Part shown: piece by piece, positions 51,386 to 62,889 of the stretch | Position numbering within the stretch: position 1 is the first letter of the stretch | Layout of the letters: every line of letters starts with the position of its first letter | From: Chiloscyllium plagiosum | Taxonomy: Eukaryota | Length of the DNA: 64,000 bases | Reading direction: 5' to 3' | Assembly: GCF_004010195.1 (NCBI RefSeq) | Contig: NC_057710.1 | Location: 82,072,675 to 82,136,674, forward strand | Notes under the pieces: model-generated | Database searches by the model: none | The model's input: the letters and a program-made list of their open reading frames with translations, nothing else | What the model was told of the DNA's origin: nothing | Position numbers and translations under genes: made by a program

Positions 51386-53564
51386 AAATCCAGTCCAAGC
51401 TACTAGACACAGTTAGAGGAAAACCATTTTGTGACTTAAAATTAAAATGAACTTCTCCATGCCAATAGGGTTAGACTTTTCTCCAACATTATGTTGATTT
51501 AAGAGTCATCAACACGAGGTCCCTTGAGCAAACATCAATCAATAAGGAACAACAGTAAATATTCTTACTCAACAACTTTGAATAGCAACATATCAGTAAA
51601 ACAAAAAAAAGTATAAATCGCACTTGTGCATCTCCCGAATGGGTGAATTTTCATTGTCGCATCTATGATCTTGTGTTCCGAATCAGTGATACTCCAGTGA
51701 TTAAAGCATTATGGGTGGAAGACTGCTAACTTTCAGGAGGAGACATTGCAGATGACCTTGTAGGATGCACTGAAGCATAGTCTACACCTCAAGGGCCTGG
51801 CTTTGAATGTATGAATGGCAGTGGTCTGCCCAGAGGCACAAGCTAGGGCTCCTGAAGAGTGGGCATTAGGACAATGAATTCTGTCATTCTAAAAAAAAAG
51901 TCAGCTAATCATGTTCGTACTGTCACTCTCCAGGGAGGAACTGTCAAATTAATAAGTTGTTTGATGGTAAATTGCTGACCTTCTGAGAAAGCCTGTTTGC
52001 CCCATTGAAGACAAAGATTGGCAGCAGTGTGACCTCCACCCAAGCACTGAGACAGAGGGAAGACTCTGCCAGTGATGCAGTGGAAGTCAAAACAGAAGCC
52101 AGCCAAAACTCCATCATGTGTCATTACTGATGTAGAATTGCCTACTGTTTCCATGGTGGAAAATGATGGCATTTGAGGTCTGAACAATGTGTTGAGCCAT
52201 GCTGGAACAGGTTCAATGGGCTAAATGGTCTTCTCCTAATCCTATTTTCTATGTTGATATTGGGGCTCATTTTAGGACAACAGTTCTTTCAGTTCATCTT
52301 TGTCCATGGCTGGCTGGAAGTAGACATCCCCAAGTCCCCGAGTCCAAGTCTCCAAGGGCTGGGACATCTAAGCAATGCATTTCAGAAGCTGCTGGAAATG
52401 TAACCATGACCTCAAACTTTATAGAAATCCAACAACATTGTCCAGTTGAAAGAAACATAATTTAAACATAAAAATAGAGAGGGGAACATAGTTTTCTTTG
52501 GGATTTGTCCTCCTGGCTGCTGGCAGTGACAACGTATGTTATTAACTTTATCACCAGTGGCTAAATTACTTTGAACTTTAGGAACAGAATAATCCATAGT
52601 CACTTACCAGATACTCACCAGATAACTAGCTTCTTCTCCTGTAGCAGAATAAGAATAAATTCACGGCGATGAAATCACCCAACACCTTGCACTCTGTTGG
52701 AAATCATAGTCAAGTGCTAATTCATGGTAATTTGGAAAGGGAATTCATGTCTGATGAACTTACTAGACTTTTTTGAGAAAGACTAGACTGGAGTGGAAAC
52801 GGGGAACCAGTATTTGGAATTCCAGATATCTGGTTTTCAATCAGGTACGTCACAAAAAGTTAAATTGAAAAATTAGCGACTGTGATATGGAACGTAGTGG
52901 CTTATCATGGATAGAGAATTGGCCAAAGGGCAGGAAACTACAAGTGGGGATAAGGGATGTTTTTTCAAGTTGGTGACCAGTAACCAGTGGGGTTTCACAG
53001 AAGTCAGTGCTGGGACTGCAATTGTTTATAATTTATATTAATGGCTTGGAGGAAGGAAGTACATGTAATGTTTGCACATTTGCAGATGCTACACAAATAG
53101 GTAGAAAGGCAAGTTTTGAGAGGGGTATAAACAATTTACAGAGTAATATTGGTAGGTTAAGTAAATGGACAAAAATTTGGCAAGTGGAGTGTAATGTCGC
53201 AAAATGTGAAGTTGTTCAATTTAGAAGGGAGCACAAAAGAACAGAATATCATTTAAATTGAGAAAAGCTGCAGAAAAATACAACACAATTTAGGCTAATT
53301 GTGCATGAAACACAGGAAGCTAGCACATAGGTGCAGCAGGTCATCTGGAAGGCTAATGGAGTGTGGGCCCTTATTTCGAGGGGTTGGAGTTGATGATTGG
53401 GGAAGTTTACTGCAACTGTACAGCGTGTTCATGCGACAAGTTCTTGGGTACTGTGAGCAGTTTTGGTTCCCTTCTTTAAGAAAAAATATTATTTAATTGG
53501 AAACTGTTCAGGGAATGTTCACTAGGATGATGCCTAGTATAGAAGGATTTTCTTATGAGCAAAG

Positions 53565-53944
53565 ATTGGTGGAGTTGTGGATAGTGAGGAGGGCTGTTGT
53601 CGGCTGCAAAGGGACTTAGATACGATGCAGATCTGGGCTGAGGAGTGGCAGATGGAGTTCAACCCTGTCAAGAGTGAGGTTGTCCATTTTGGAAGGACAA
53701 ATAAGAGTGTGGAATACAGGGTTAACAGTAAGGTTCTTAGTAAGGTGGAGGAGCAGAGGGATCTTGGGGTCTATGTTCATAGCTCTTTGAAAGTTGCCAC
53801 TCAGGTGGATAGAGCTTGTAAGAAGGCCGATGGTGTATTAGTGTTCATTAGCAGAGGGATCGAATTCAAGAGTCGTGAAGTGATGTTGCGGCTGTACAGG
53901 CCCTTGGTAAGGCCACATTTGGAGTACTGTGTTCTATGTTCTAA
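53565..53944 (+). mobile_element. Young CR1 internal fragment ending in a CR1-type tail
   Basis: ORF 53577.. DSEEGCCRLQRDLD...RPHLEYCV, then ttctatgttcta. Confidence 0.88.
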
Positions 53945-54045
53945 TGCTAAACAGGTTGGGTCACTATCCACTGGAGTTTTGAGGAATGAGAGGTGATCTC
54001 ATTGAAACTTATTGGATTCTTAAAGAGCTTGGCAGGGTAAATGCT

Positions 54046-54443
54046 GACATAGACATAGAACAATACAGCACAGAACAGGCCCTTCGGCCCACGATCTTGT
54101 GCCGAACATTTGTCCTAGCTTAAGCACCCATCCATGCACCTATCCAATTGCCGCTTAAAGGTCACCAAAGATTCTGACTCTACCACTCCCACAGGCAGCG
54201 CATTCCATGCCCCCACCACTCTCTGGGTAAAGAACCCACCCCTGACATCTCCCCTATACCTTCCACCCTTCACCGTAAATTTATGTCCCCTTGTAACACT
54301 CGGTTGTGCCCGGGGAAAAAGTTTCTGACTGTCTACTCTATCTATTCCTCTGATCATCTTAAAAACCTCTATCAAGTCACCCCTCATCCTTCGCCGTTCC
54401 AACGAGAAAAGGCCGAGAACTCTCAACCTAGCCTCGTACGACT
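54046..54443 (-). mobile_element. Young CR1 3' end
   Basis: SYEARLRVLGLFSLERRRMRGDLIE...WNALP. Confidence 0.92.
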
Positions 54444-54654
54444 GATCAGAGCTGAAAATGTGTTGCTGGTAAAGCACAGCAGGTCAGGCAGCATCCAAGG
54501 AACAGGAGAATCGACGTTTCGGGCATAAGCCCTTCATCAGGAATCTTGATGATGAAGGGCATCCTGATGAAGGGCTTATGCCCGAAACCTCGATTCTCCT
54601 GTTCCTTGGATGCTGCCTGACCTGCTGTGCTTTACCAGCAACACATTTTCAGCT
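54444..54654. mobile_element. Near-perfect Penelope-derived palindrome (93-bp arms, 1 mismatch)
   Basis: Arms 54450-54542 and 54562-54654; 19-bp spacer. Confidence 0.92.
54508..54545 (-). ncRNA. Minimal type I hammerhead ribozyme motif (intact core)
   Basis: Minus strand gattc-CTGATGA-a-GGGC-ttat-GCCC-GAAA-cg-TC-gattc. Confidence 0.8.
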
Positions 54655-55190
54655 ACAAGCTCTATTCACCTAAGAGAACGTTTCCCCTCAAAGGAGAGTC
54701 TAGGACCAGAGGGGATAGTCTCCGAGTAGAGGAGCAATAATTTAAGACTGAAATGAGGACGATTTTCTTTTCTCAGAGAGTTGAGGGACTTTCAAACTCT
54801 TCCATGGAGAGATGTGGAGATAGAATCCTTTCGATTTTTTAAGGCTGAGATAGATAGATTCTTGACCAGCAAGAGAATAAAGGGTTATGGGGAAAAGGCA
54901 AGAAAGTTGATCTGGGAGTGTCAGACTAGCTGTGGTCCTACTGAATGGTGAAGCAGGTTTGGCAGGCTGAACAATCTACTCCTGCTTCTATGTCTTATGG
55001 TGCTATGGCATGTTTGCATGCATCTAACAGTAAAGACCTAGCTAGCCCAGTGACAGAGGAACCAGTTTCAGTTACCATTTTAATTAACTAAGCTCTTCCA
55101 ATGGAGGCTTTGTTAAAATCTTTACTTTAGTATGGGAATTTTAGAATTTAAACTATAAATTTCAATTAAATGCTAACTTCAAATTGGACT

Positions 55191-55878
55191 TGTATGATAA
55201 ATGTGGTCAAACTTGAGGAAATCTGGCCTGACAGATAATTGGCCAAACTAAATTAAACAGCAGCCAGTAGCTATCAACAACAGAGAACAGTGAAAACCAA
55301 GGTCAAAGAGTTTACAAAAGTTCAAGGAGAAGCAGGTACAACCAAACCAAGGACTGTGCACTTTACACCTCCCCAGCATGGCCAGACTCCATTGGATGTT
55401 TAAAATCCAGCTCATGGCCCCATTGGCCAAAGGCCACAGAATATTCTGGAAGAAGCAGTGTGAGAGAAGATAAAAATGCAAATATCTGGGAGCTACCCTT
55501 TCAGTGAAGATTCAATGAAGGCACAGAGAAGACTCTGCAAAAACTCAATAAAGACTCGACCTGGCCCAGCATCAGAGCTCCAACCATCTGGACAGATGAA
55601 GAGAGACAGAGAGAGAGAGAGAGGGAGAAAAAGTAGAGAGAAGTTCTGCCTTGACCTGCAAGACCCACCTTCATGGAAGAGAGGAAGGAGATTCCAATAT
55701 CCAGTTCAACACATGAATAGTTGTGGGTAGTACTCTCAGATGGATCGAGCTAGATTAAGAATAAATATTATAGAAATTTGGGAAATGCAGCCATGGTGTT
55801 TTTTGTAAGGAATATTTTGTTAATAAAATCAAGTTGAACAATAAACTGAATTCTACGTCCCTTTATCCACTTTACTGA
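55191..55878 (+). mobile_element. Possible solo LTR
   Basis: TG...CA ends, internal GA-rich tract, several AATAAA near the right end; no clear TSD. Confidence 0.3.
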
Positions 55879-56331
55879 CAAGAGAGTTTGGATAAAGTGT
55901 TTTCATACATAAACCAGTCAAAGTGTCCAAACTATGGATAGCAAAGACTAAGACTTACTTTTCACCTTCTGCTAGCTAGCATACAGTCCTCAGTATTCAG
56001 AATATGCTAAACATTCTTATTAATCACAGAAAAGTATAAATATCCTTTTTTGGATTTATTATCCTGACATTGGGTGAAGACACTAGAATTGAAATAATAA
56101 TTGTTGGAATATAGGCTGGGGCAATACTTTTTCATTCCCTCCTGGGTAAATATCAATGGAAAATTTGTTCCTACTCTTGGGAATAGTTCAAGTGGCCTGC
56201 TTCTGCTCTGAAATCATTTGATGACTTTCAATTAGCCACACTGACATGACCAAAACAAATGTCCCCCTCACCAGCATTCAGTCAAACTGTGATAGTGGGA
56301 GGCAGTGGAACCCATTGCTATAACAAGCATA

Positions 56332-56490
56332 TACAGAGAAACCTCGATTATCCTGCCTTCGATTATCCAAATGTTAGATTATCCGGCAAGATCGCAACAT
56401 ACCGATGCTCAGCTAAACTATATTATCCGGAATTCGATTATCCGGAATTCGATTAACCGAACGAAATCCTCCCTACCTGTGACCTTTGGA
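56332..56490 (+). mobile_element. Tigger/pogo-like MITE, left part
   Basis: ta|cagagaaacctcgattatcc terminus and repeated ttcgattatccg subterminal motifs; right TIR not seen. Confidence 0.7.
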
Positions 56491-56746
56491 CACTAGGTTG
56501 ACTCGGACACAAGATTCCTCTTGTAGGTTCAGATGTGATCTTGGGTGGATTTGAAACAGAAATCTCTCTTGCTGGTGTTTGCCAAGGGTACTGACACCAT
56601 GAAGGAGATGATGCCCACAGAATACCTAGGACAGAAGGTGAGCTCAATCTTGGCTAATCAGTAAAGATTTACTATATATTGAATATACATAGCTCCAATA
56701 TATTGAAGGTTCAAGATCATCTCTCATTAGACATCAGACTCATGCT

Positions 56747-56936
56747 AGGAGAAAGTGAGGACAGCAGATGCTGGAGGTCAGAGTGGACAGTGTGGTGCTG
56801 GCAAAGCTCAGCAGGTCAGGCAGCATCCAAGGAGCAGGACAATTGACATTTCAGGCAAAAGCCCTTCATCAGCCCTTCCTGATGAAGGGCTTTTGCCCGA
56901 AAAATCGATTCTCCTGCTCCTCGGATGCTGCCTGAT
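56747..56936. mobile_element. Penelope-derived fold-back element with 14-bp TSD
   Basis: CTGATGAagggcttttgcccGAAA from 56879; TSD atcagactcatgct (56733-56746) / atcagattcatgct (56935-56948). Confidence 0.88.
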
Positions 56937-57167
56937 CAGATTCATGCTCACAGTAAATTACATTGTTACTTGAACTACATACTATGAACAGTAAGAGCAA
57001 TCACTGAGGCCCAAATAGGAGTTTGGAGGCCACATGGAGAGCTGTCCAATACTGGTTCGTTCCTGTCAGGAGCAGACCTTGATGGGAAGAACTTGCCTTG
57101 TGACAATGGTTAACCCTTTTAGTTACTAACTGCCTTATACAATAGCAGTGTTTTAATTTATAAAGGC

Positions 57168-57785
57168 AAGAGTAGAGTAGAACAGAGTAGAATATCCTTC
57201 ATTATCACACTCAAGTGCAGAAGTACAGGAGTATAGGGAAAAGTTTTACAATGTCACCTCTTATGGTATGATCATTGGTACAATCACCTAGGTACAAATC
57301 TTAGATACAATAAAAAGGAATAAAAAGAAAAGTAGTTACATTATGTTACAGTGATTCATAGTATAAGTTAGAAACAAAACATAGTTAAATGGATAGACAT
57401 TACAGTCTGATAAACAAATTACAAATAAATATTACATTGCAGTAACTCAGTGCAAGGGCTTTCTCCCGCACCAGACCCCAATCCAACAACAGTCCCCGCA
57501 CCGTACCAAGCCTCCAGTCCATTCCACACCAGCTCTCAGCGGTTCAAAGGTAAGTTTTCTCTGGGATTGCTTCCTCTTCCTGGTCACCGCTCCAGGACTG
57601 CTTCCCCTCACTGGCCTCTGGGATTTAACTCCAGGAATCACCAGCTTCTCCATTTGCCTCCTGGTAAGTCTGGGTCAATAGCTGAAAAAAAAACATAGAA
57701 AGTTGGAAACAAAGAGTCAAAAGAAAAACAACAGGCAGAGTAGAGGAGCTCTGACTGGAGCATCATACTCTGCTGCCATCTTGTC
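57168..57785 (-). mobile_element. AAGATGGC-headed non-autonomous element
   Basis: Minus strand starts gacaagatggcagcagag and ends cttttccctatactcc...gtgtgataat...(ttctac)n-like tail. Confidence 0.65.
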
Positions 57786-58287
57786 AGAAATGGTACACCA
57801 CAACATTCAATTATAAATTAAATATGCTGGAGCATAAATTTTCATATTTTGAAATAAGAGAGCTATAAAGTTGTATGAGGGCTTGGCATAGATTAGCACT
57901 GAATCGTTTGCAGGAAGTTACATGTGGTGCTCACACTTCAGTCACACATTTTTAATGTGATTTACCAGTACCTGGTAAATGGTGCTGTTGTAAAAAGTTG
58001 ACAACTCACATATAAGTGCCAAACAACTCCACATAAAGGCCTATAAGTAAGGCCACCCTTTCAAGGTCATGAAACCTTTTTGATAATTACATGGCATTTC
58101 AGTGTTTTCAGTATTGATTTGGGATTACATTCTGTAAATTCGTTTTCATTTCAGTGCAAGGGAAAACTGTGGAATCAGTTGTAACTGATCAGAACAAGGT
58201 AGGTTAAATGAGCAGTGAATTGCTTAGACTGTACTGCATGTACTTCCACCCACTGTTATCTGATTTTTTTTTATTGAGTTGACTGAA

Positions 58288-58498
58288 ATAGACAGGCAGG
58301 AGGCTGGAAAACACAGCAAGCCAGGCAGCATCAGGAGGTGGAGAAGCCAACGTTCCAAGTGTAACCCTGCATCCTGGAGAAGGATTACACCTGAAACGTT
58401 AACTTCTCTACCTCCTGATGCTGCTTGGCTTGCTGTGTGATTCTTCCAGCCTCCTGTTTGTCTACCTTGGATTCCAGCTTTTGCAGTCTTTTTGTGTA
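58288..58498. mobile_element. Penelope-derived fold-back element, sixth family, with 16-bp TSD
   Basis: Arms tagacaggcaggaggctggaa...ttccagcctcctgtttgtcta; cCTGGAGAaggattacacctGAAAcgtt; TSD tattgagttgactgaa at 58272-58287 and 58499-58514. Confidence 0.88.
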
Positions 58499-58849
58499 TA
58501 TTGAGTTGACTGAAGCAGACATATTCCTCATGAAAATATTTACATTGAGTAATCCAGTGTACCTAAGACTCAAATACCATTTTAGTTGAAAATGTGGAAG
58601 TTATATCTTTCAAAACCATTGAAATAGTATATAAATGAGAATATATATGTATTGATTATGTTACTGGATGAGTAATTCAAGGGATCATCACTGCCTTTTA
58701 AAAGACATTCCAAGGCTGATTAATAATAAATAAAGGGGCTAATGTCCAAGATACTTAATTCAAATTCAGGACAACTGACAAGTTTAAACTTAATGAAAGA
58801 AAAGAATACAAAATGCATGAGTAGCAATAAGGTCCAAACTATTAAATTG

Positions 58850-59460
58850 TTATGAAGCCCCATGTGGAAATGTGGGTCTTTGTCAATGTAATGACAGTGT
58901 TGTATCTGTTCTGGGACAGTTTGGGTAAGGCTGTGACTGGTTTTGCTGAACAAATCTTCAGTGCTGCTGCGAAGATACTGTCAGCTTTTGGAGTATCCAG
59001 TGCCTTGAGTCATTTCTGGATATCACGTGGAATGAATGGAATTAGCTGAAGTTTGGCATATGTGATGCTGGGGACCTTAGGAAAAGGTGGAATTGGTTCA
59101 TCCATTCATCATTTCTGACTGAAGATGGGTGCACACACTTCAGCCTTACCTTCTACACTTACATGTAAAACTCTACCATTATAACGGTTAGGCATGTCCA
59201 TGGAGATTCCTCTTACTATTATTTATTTAATTTTCCATGTCCATGTATAACTGGAGTAGCAGCACTGCAGAACTTTGATCTGATCCATTGGTTCTGCGAG
59301 TATGCTGCATCCTCTATTTGAAGAGGACGTGGTTTATTTTTGTAGCTCACAGGGTTTGCACTTCAGCTTTAGTTATGTGTGGCGTTAGTCCTGACATGCC
59401 CTTCCAAGTTATCTTTGAGCTCAACCTCATGACTTCATGGGAATGGATGTATGCCAAACA
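58850..59460 (-). mobile_element. Old CR1/L2-group LINE fragment
   Basis: gtgatgctggggacctt...ccattcatcatttctgactgaagatgg...gcagaactttgatctgatccattgg, typical of this family's ORF2. Confidence 0.55.
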
Positions 59461-59479
59461 ATGAAATTATAAAATAAGA

Positions 59480-59576
59480 GCAAATTGCTGCAGATGCTGG
59501 AATCAGTGGGTCAGGCAGCATTCATGGAGAGAAAACAAGCTGATGTTTTGAGTCTGGATAACTTTTCATCCGAGCT
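59480..59576 (-). mobile_element. Old Penelope terminus (family of 25686-25842)
   Basis: tgcagatgctggaa...ggcagcattcatggagagaaa...ttttcatccgagctg. Confidence 0.7.
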
Positions 59577-60919
59577 GACAGAAAGTGTCACCTGCATTGT
59601 GTCAGTTCTATTACGTAGATCAATGCTGGGTGCTCCATCCAGTTTTATCCCTACTTGGCATTTTCACAACAGTTTGATATAGTTGCTACCTTTACTTAAT
59701 TAATTAAATTTAAACCTGTGGAAACATGTAAAGAGATAATTGTCAGTTGAGCTTGGTAAAAGGGTGCCGACACACAACCCCAATCTGTGCTGATCCAATG
59801 ACTGCCTAGCCATTAGTAGCTGTGGAGACATAGGGTCCTCAAATGGTACCAAATGAGGTCAGATCACAGTTGTTGCAGCCTTGCAACAGTAGTACCCTCT
59901 CACTGCTGGCCTCCTCAGCCAAACTTTTCCAGTCTGGGCACTTTGTGAGCTCTGTGTCTACAGTTAAAGGTGCAGCCTTGAACTGGCCTACCTGTTTTCC
60001 TTTGTAATGTTTTGTGGCAAGTTTTTTTTTAATGAAACAGCTTGCAATCATGTAAACCAGGATTTTACAGCTTTCCTTTGGCCCACTCTTCATACTGAAT
60101 AAAGCATTACAATTAATTATCGCCTACCTCCAGATTCTTGGTAGTGAACCTTTATACTCTTTTCAAAATCAATTAAAACAAATGAAATTCAGGCAATGAA
60201 ATCAAGTTCATTAATAACAAACTATTAAAAAGGAGTGTCTCTTCATATGCATTAAAAACCAAATTTAAATAATAGAACCAAATTAAACAAAATTACAAAC
60301 TTAACAACCCTTGTTGAAGAATTGCGACACTTTTTAAAAGCAACTTACATTGCTGTTCATCGTCAATGCTGTTTACGCAGTTGCTTGTTTACGCAGCAGT
60401 TGACATATAGTTTGCAGACATGTTGGTGCCAAGGGATTGTATGAATGGGGTTCAGTTGGCAACAAGTGGCTGATTGGTCTGTGCACTAAGTAGACAGAGA
60501 GTAGTAGTTGAAGGGAGTTTCTCAAAATGGAGAAAGGTGACCAGTGGTGTTCCACAGGGATCAGTTCTGGGACCTCTGTTGTTTGTAATATACATAAATG
60601 ATCTGGAAGAGGGCATTGTTGGCCTGATCAGTAAGTTTGCAGATGACATGGAGATTAGTGGAGTAGTAAAAAGCATAAGGAACTATCAAAGAATACAGGA
60701 GAATATAGATAGACTGAAGAGTTGAGCAGAGAAGTGGCAGATGGAGTTCAATCCAGGTAAATGTGAGGTGATGCATTTTAGCAAGTCTAATTCTAGAGCT
60801 AACTATATTGTAAACGGAAGCACCTTGGGAAAAATTGATGAGCAGAGAGATCTGGGAGTTCAGGTCCATTATATCCTGAAGATGGCTGCACAGGTGGATA
60901 GAGTGGTCAAGAAGGCATA

Positions 60920-61051
60920 TTTAAAAATCACACAACTCCAGGTTTAATTGGACTCCAGGTCCAAAAGGTTTAATTGGAAGCACTAGCTTTTGGAGCCCTG
61001 GAGTTGTGTGATTTTTAACTTTGTACACCCCAGTCCAACTCCAACTCCAAA
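60920..61051. mobile_element. Penelope-derived fold-back element (family of 15211-15396) with 12-bp TSD
   Basis: ttaaaaatcacacaactccagg...cctggagttgtgtgatttttaa; TSD tcaagaaggcat (60907-60918) / tcaagaagccat (61052-61063). Confidence 0.85.
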
Positions 61052-61635
61052 TCAAGAAGCCATGTGGTATGCTTGCCTTCATCGGATGGGGTATTGAGTA
61101 TAAGAGCTATCAGATCATGTCAAAATTGTACAAGACATTGGTTCGGCCGCATTTAAAAAACGGTGTACAGTTCTGGTTGCCACATTACCAAAAGGATGTG
61201 GACGCTTTGGAGGGGGTGTAGAGAAAGTTTAAGAGGATGATACCCTCGTATGGAAGGTGCTATATATGAAGAGAGGTTGAGTAGGTTAGGATTGTTTTCA
61301 TTAGAAAAAAAGGAGATTAAGGGGGGACCTCTTTGAGGTTTACAAAATCATGAAGGATGTAGACCGGGTAGATAGAGACGAGCATTTTCCCAGGGTGAGG
61401 GATTCAATAATGAGAGATGACGCGTTCAAGGTGAAAGGTGGCAAGCTTAAGGGGGATACACTTTACACAGAGAGTGGTAGGTGCCTGGAACACGTTGCCA
61501 GCAGAGGTACGAGAGGCAGGCACGGTAGATTCATTTAAGGTGGGTCTGGACAGATGCATGAGTATGTGGGGAGCAGTGGGATACAAACCCTTAGGAATTG
61601 GGCGACAGGTTTAGACAGTGGATTTGGATTGGTTC

Positions 61636-61738
61636 AGAGTAGTGCTGGAAAAGTACAGCAGGTCAGGCAGCATCCGAGGAGCAGGAAAATTGACGTTTAA
61701 GGCAAAAGCCCTTCATCAGTAAGGGCTTTTGCCCAAAA
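61636..61738. mobile_element. Penelope-derived element with short fold-back and 12-bp TSD
   Basis: ggcaaaagcccttcatcagtaagggcttttgccc; TSD ttggattggttc (61624-61635) / ttggattggctc (61739-61750). Confidence 0.85.
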
Positions 61739-62164
61739 TTGGATTGGCTCCGGCTTAGAGGGCCGAAGAGCCTGTTCCTGGGCTGTAAATTTTCTTTGTT
61801 CTTTGATCTTTGACTGACAACAGCAGTTTGAGAGAACATTGCCTTTCCCTCATAGACATACCACATTGTCACCTTCTTCACAGCAACTTCTAAGTTCTAA
61901 CCTGGAATATGATTGCCATCCTCTCTCTATCTCTGCATTCATCAATAGAGTCCACTTATCAGCCCAAATTTCACTGCAACGCCTAAACTTACTGGGTCCT
62001 CAATGTTATAAGATCCATAAATCATGATGCAATGCTCCTGTCCTCTGGGCTTCTCCATTGAGAGGGGAACACACCTGATGATAATTCTGATGCTATTGAC
62101 GCTGTTGTTACTAGGATATCAATAGAGAACAGTAACTTCGCTCAAGTCAGAAGATACTTCATTG

Positions 62165-62455
62165 TTTTCATTCACAGGCTAGGCCAGTATTTATTGCCCA
62201 TTCTGAATTAATAGTCAATCATATTACTGTGGGTCTAGAGGCACATGTAAGCCAACCAGGAAAGCATTTCAGTTTCCTTCCCTGAAGAATGTGGACCAGA
62301 ACGGTTTTTCCGACAATAAATAACAGATCCATGGTCATCAGTAGACTCTTACTTTTTTTGTTGAATTTGACCATCTGTCTTGGAAGGATTCGAACTCACA
62401 TTCCCAGATCTCTGGACTAACAATCCAGCAATAATACCACTAGGCCATCACCTCC
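62165..62455 (-). mobile_element. tRNA-SINE (family of 27584-27947), decayed
   Basis: Minus strand ggaggtgatggcctagtggtattattgctgga...gagttcgaatcc. Confidence 0.8.
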
Positions 62456-62889
62456 ACAGTTCCTTATACTGTTGACCATTGCTAAACAATTGTACATTGA
62501 GCTAGTATGAGGATAAATGACGGACTTCTCATTTAGAAGGACATATTCACTTTTTACCCTCCCCCTCTGATCAATGTATCCTCATTATCTTTGAACATCC
62601 CAATGTTACAATCAACTTTGCCTCTGCCCCCATGAACTTCCTCTCGTTACAGTAGACCCTATTACTAGAACAATCCACATCACTGCTCTCCTCCACAGAG
62701 TTTACTCCCATCACTGCTGTCATGCCAACACTGCCCCATTATCAAAGCCACCCTATCAGAATATCTACTTCCTTCCTGTGACCCTAGAATTCCCACCCTA
62801 CCAGGTCCTACACTCCCTTTCATTGTCACTATCCCAACCATTTTGCAGTATCCTCATTCTAATCCCCATAATATATATATATAGTTTTA

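Larger units (their letters stand above)
52725..55008 (+). mobile_element. Old CR1 hosting two younger CR1 inserts and a Penelope palindrome
   Basis: VLGLQLFIIYINGL..FADATQ; resumes after inserts at about 53945 and about 54670. Confidence 0.88.
60492..61805 (+). mobile_element. CR1 RT and 3' end with two Penelope-derived inserts
   Basis: ORFs 60474..61538 ([14 protein letters not shown]). Confidence 0.93.
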
